A stretch of DNA of 63,130 nt, counting the filler, from Basidiobolus ranarum (Eukaryota): the NCBI GenBank assembly GCA_040143965.1. It is 34 parts of 34 records of this genome, joined end to end, with 100 filler letters (N's around TTAATTAATTAA, not from the genome) between each part and the next. Parts side by side here need not be neighbours in the genome. Positions count along the whole stretch, not along the records: positions 61,379 to 63,130 come from JASJQH010011287.1; 33 more parts are not named here. One strand, given 5' to 3'. This document shows, piece by piece, positions 63,003-63,130 of the stretch; within the stretch, counting starts at the first letter, position 1, and every line of letters begins with the position of its first letter. A program made the position numbers and the translations under genes. The notes under the pieces were generated by a model, which saw only the letters and a program-made list of their open reading frames with translations, had not been told where the DNA came from and made no database searches.

Positions 63003-63130
63003 TGTTGAAATTAGCATTTCCTAAACACCTATATAGTCATATATAGCTTAGTACTTAGTTATCTTATAACTCACTAAGATACTATCAATTATTCTCAATT
63101 GGAATTTACTTAGAATATTTTTACCAACTT
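63003..63130 (+). repeat. Copia LTR-1 start (another partial copy at about 61760-61926, -)
   Basis: TGTTGAAATTAGCATTTCC. Confidence 0.9.

Overview
This is not one continuous locus. It is 34 short contigs, sorted by decreasing length (1768 to 1752 bp) and joined by an artificial 100-nt linker (N44-TTAATTAATTAA-N44), so adjacency across linkers has no biological meaning. The DNA is AT-rich and eukaryotic, with short spliceosomal introns. The gene and transposon content suggests an early-diverging fungus (Zoopagomycota/Mucoromycota-like; inference). Most contigs are nested, CpG-depleted transposon debris: several Ty1/copia families, two Ty3/gypsy families (one chromodomain-bearing, one apparently self-priming), a high-copy CMC/EnSpm (CACTA-type) DNA transposon that can be rebuilt as TIR <accessory ORF | transposase> TIR, a PIF/Harbinger-like element and a LINE-like repeat. 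Host genes are a tandem maltose O-acetyltransferase pair, the 5' part of glucosamine-6-phosphate deaminase, the 3' part of a sterol glucosyltransferase and a tandem pair of animal-type glutamate dehydrogenases. The most notable items are a probable Fanzor (eukaryotic TnpB-like RNA-guided nuclease) N-terminal fragment at about 13068-13330, a head-to-head pair of AIG1/GIMAP-like GTPases lying between copia fragments, and the architecture and self-nesting of the CMC element. All family calls come from motif recognition by eye; no database search was run.
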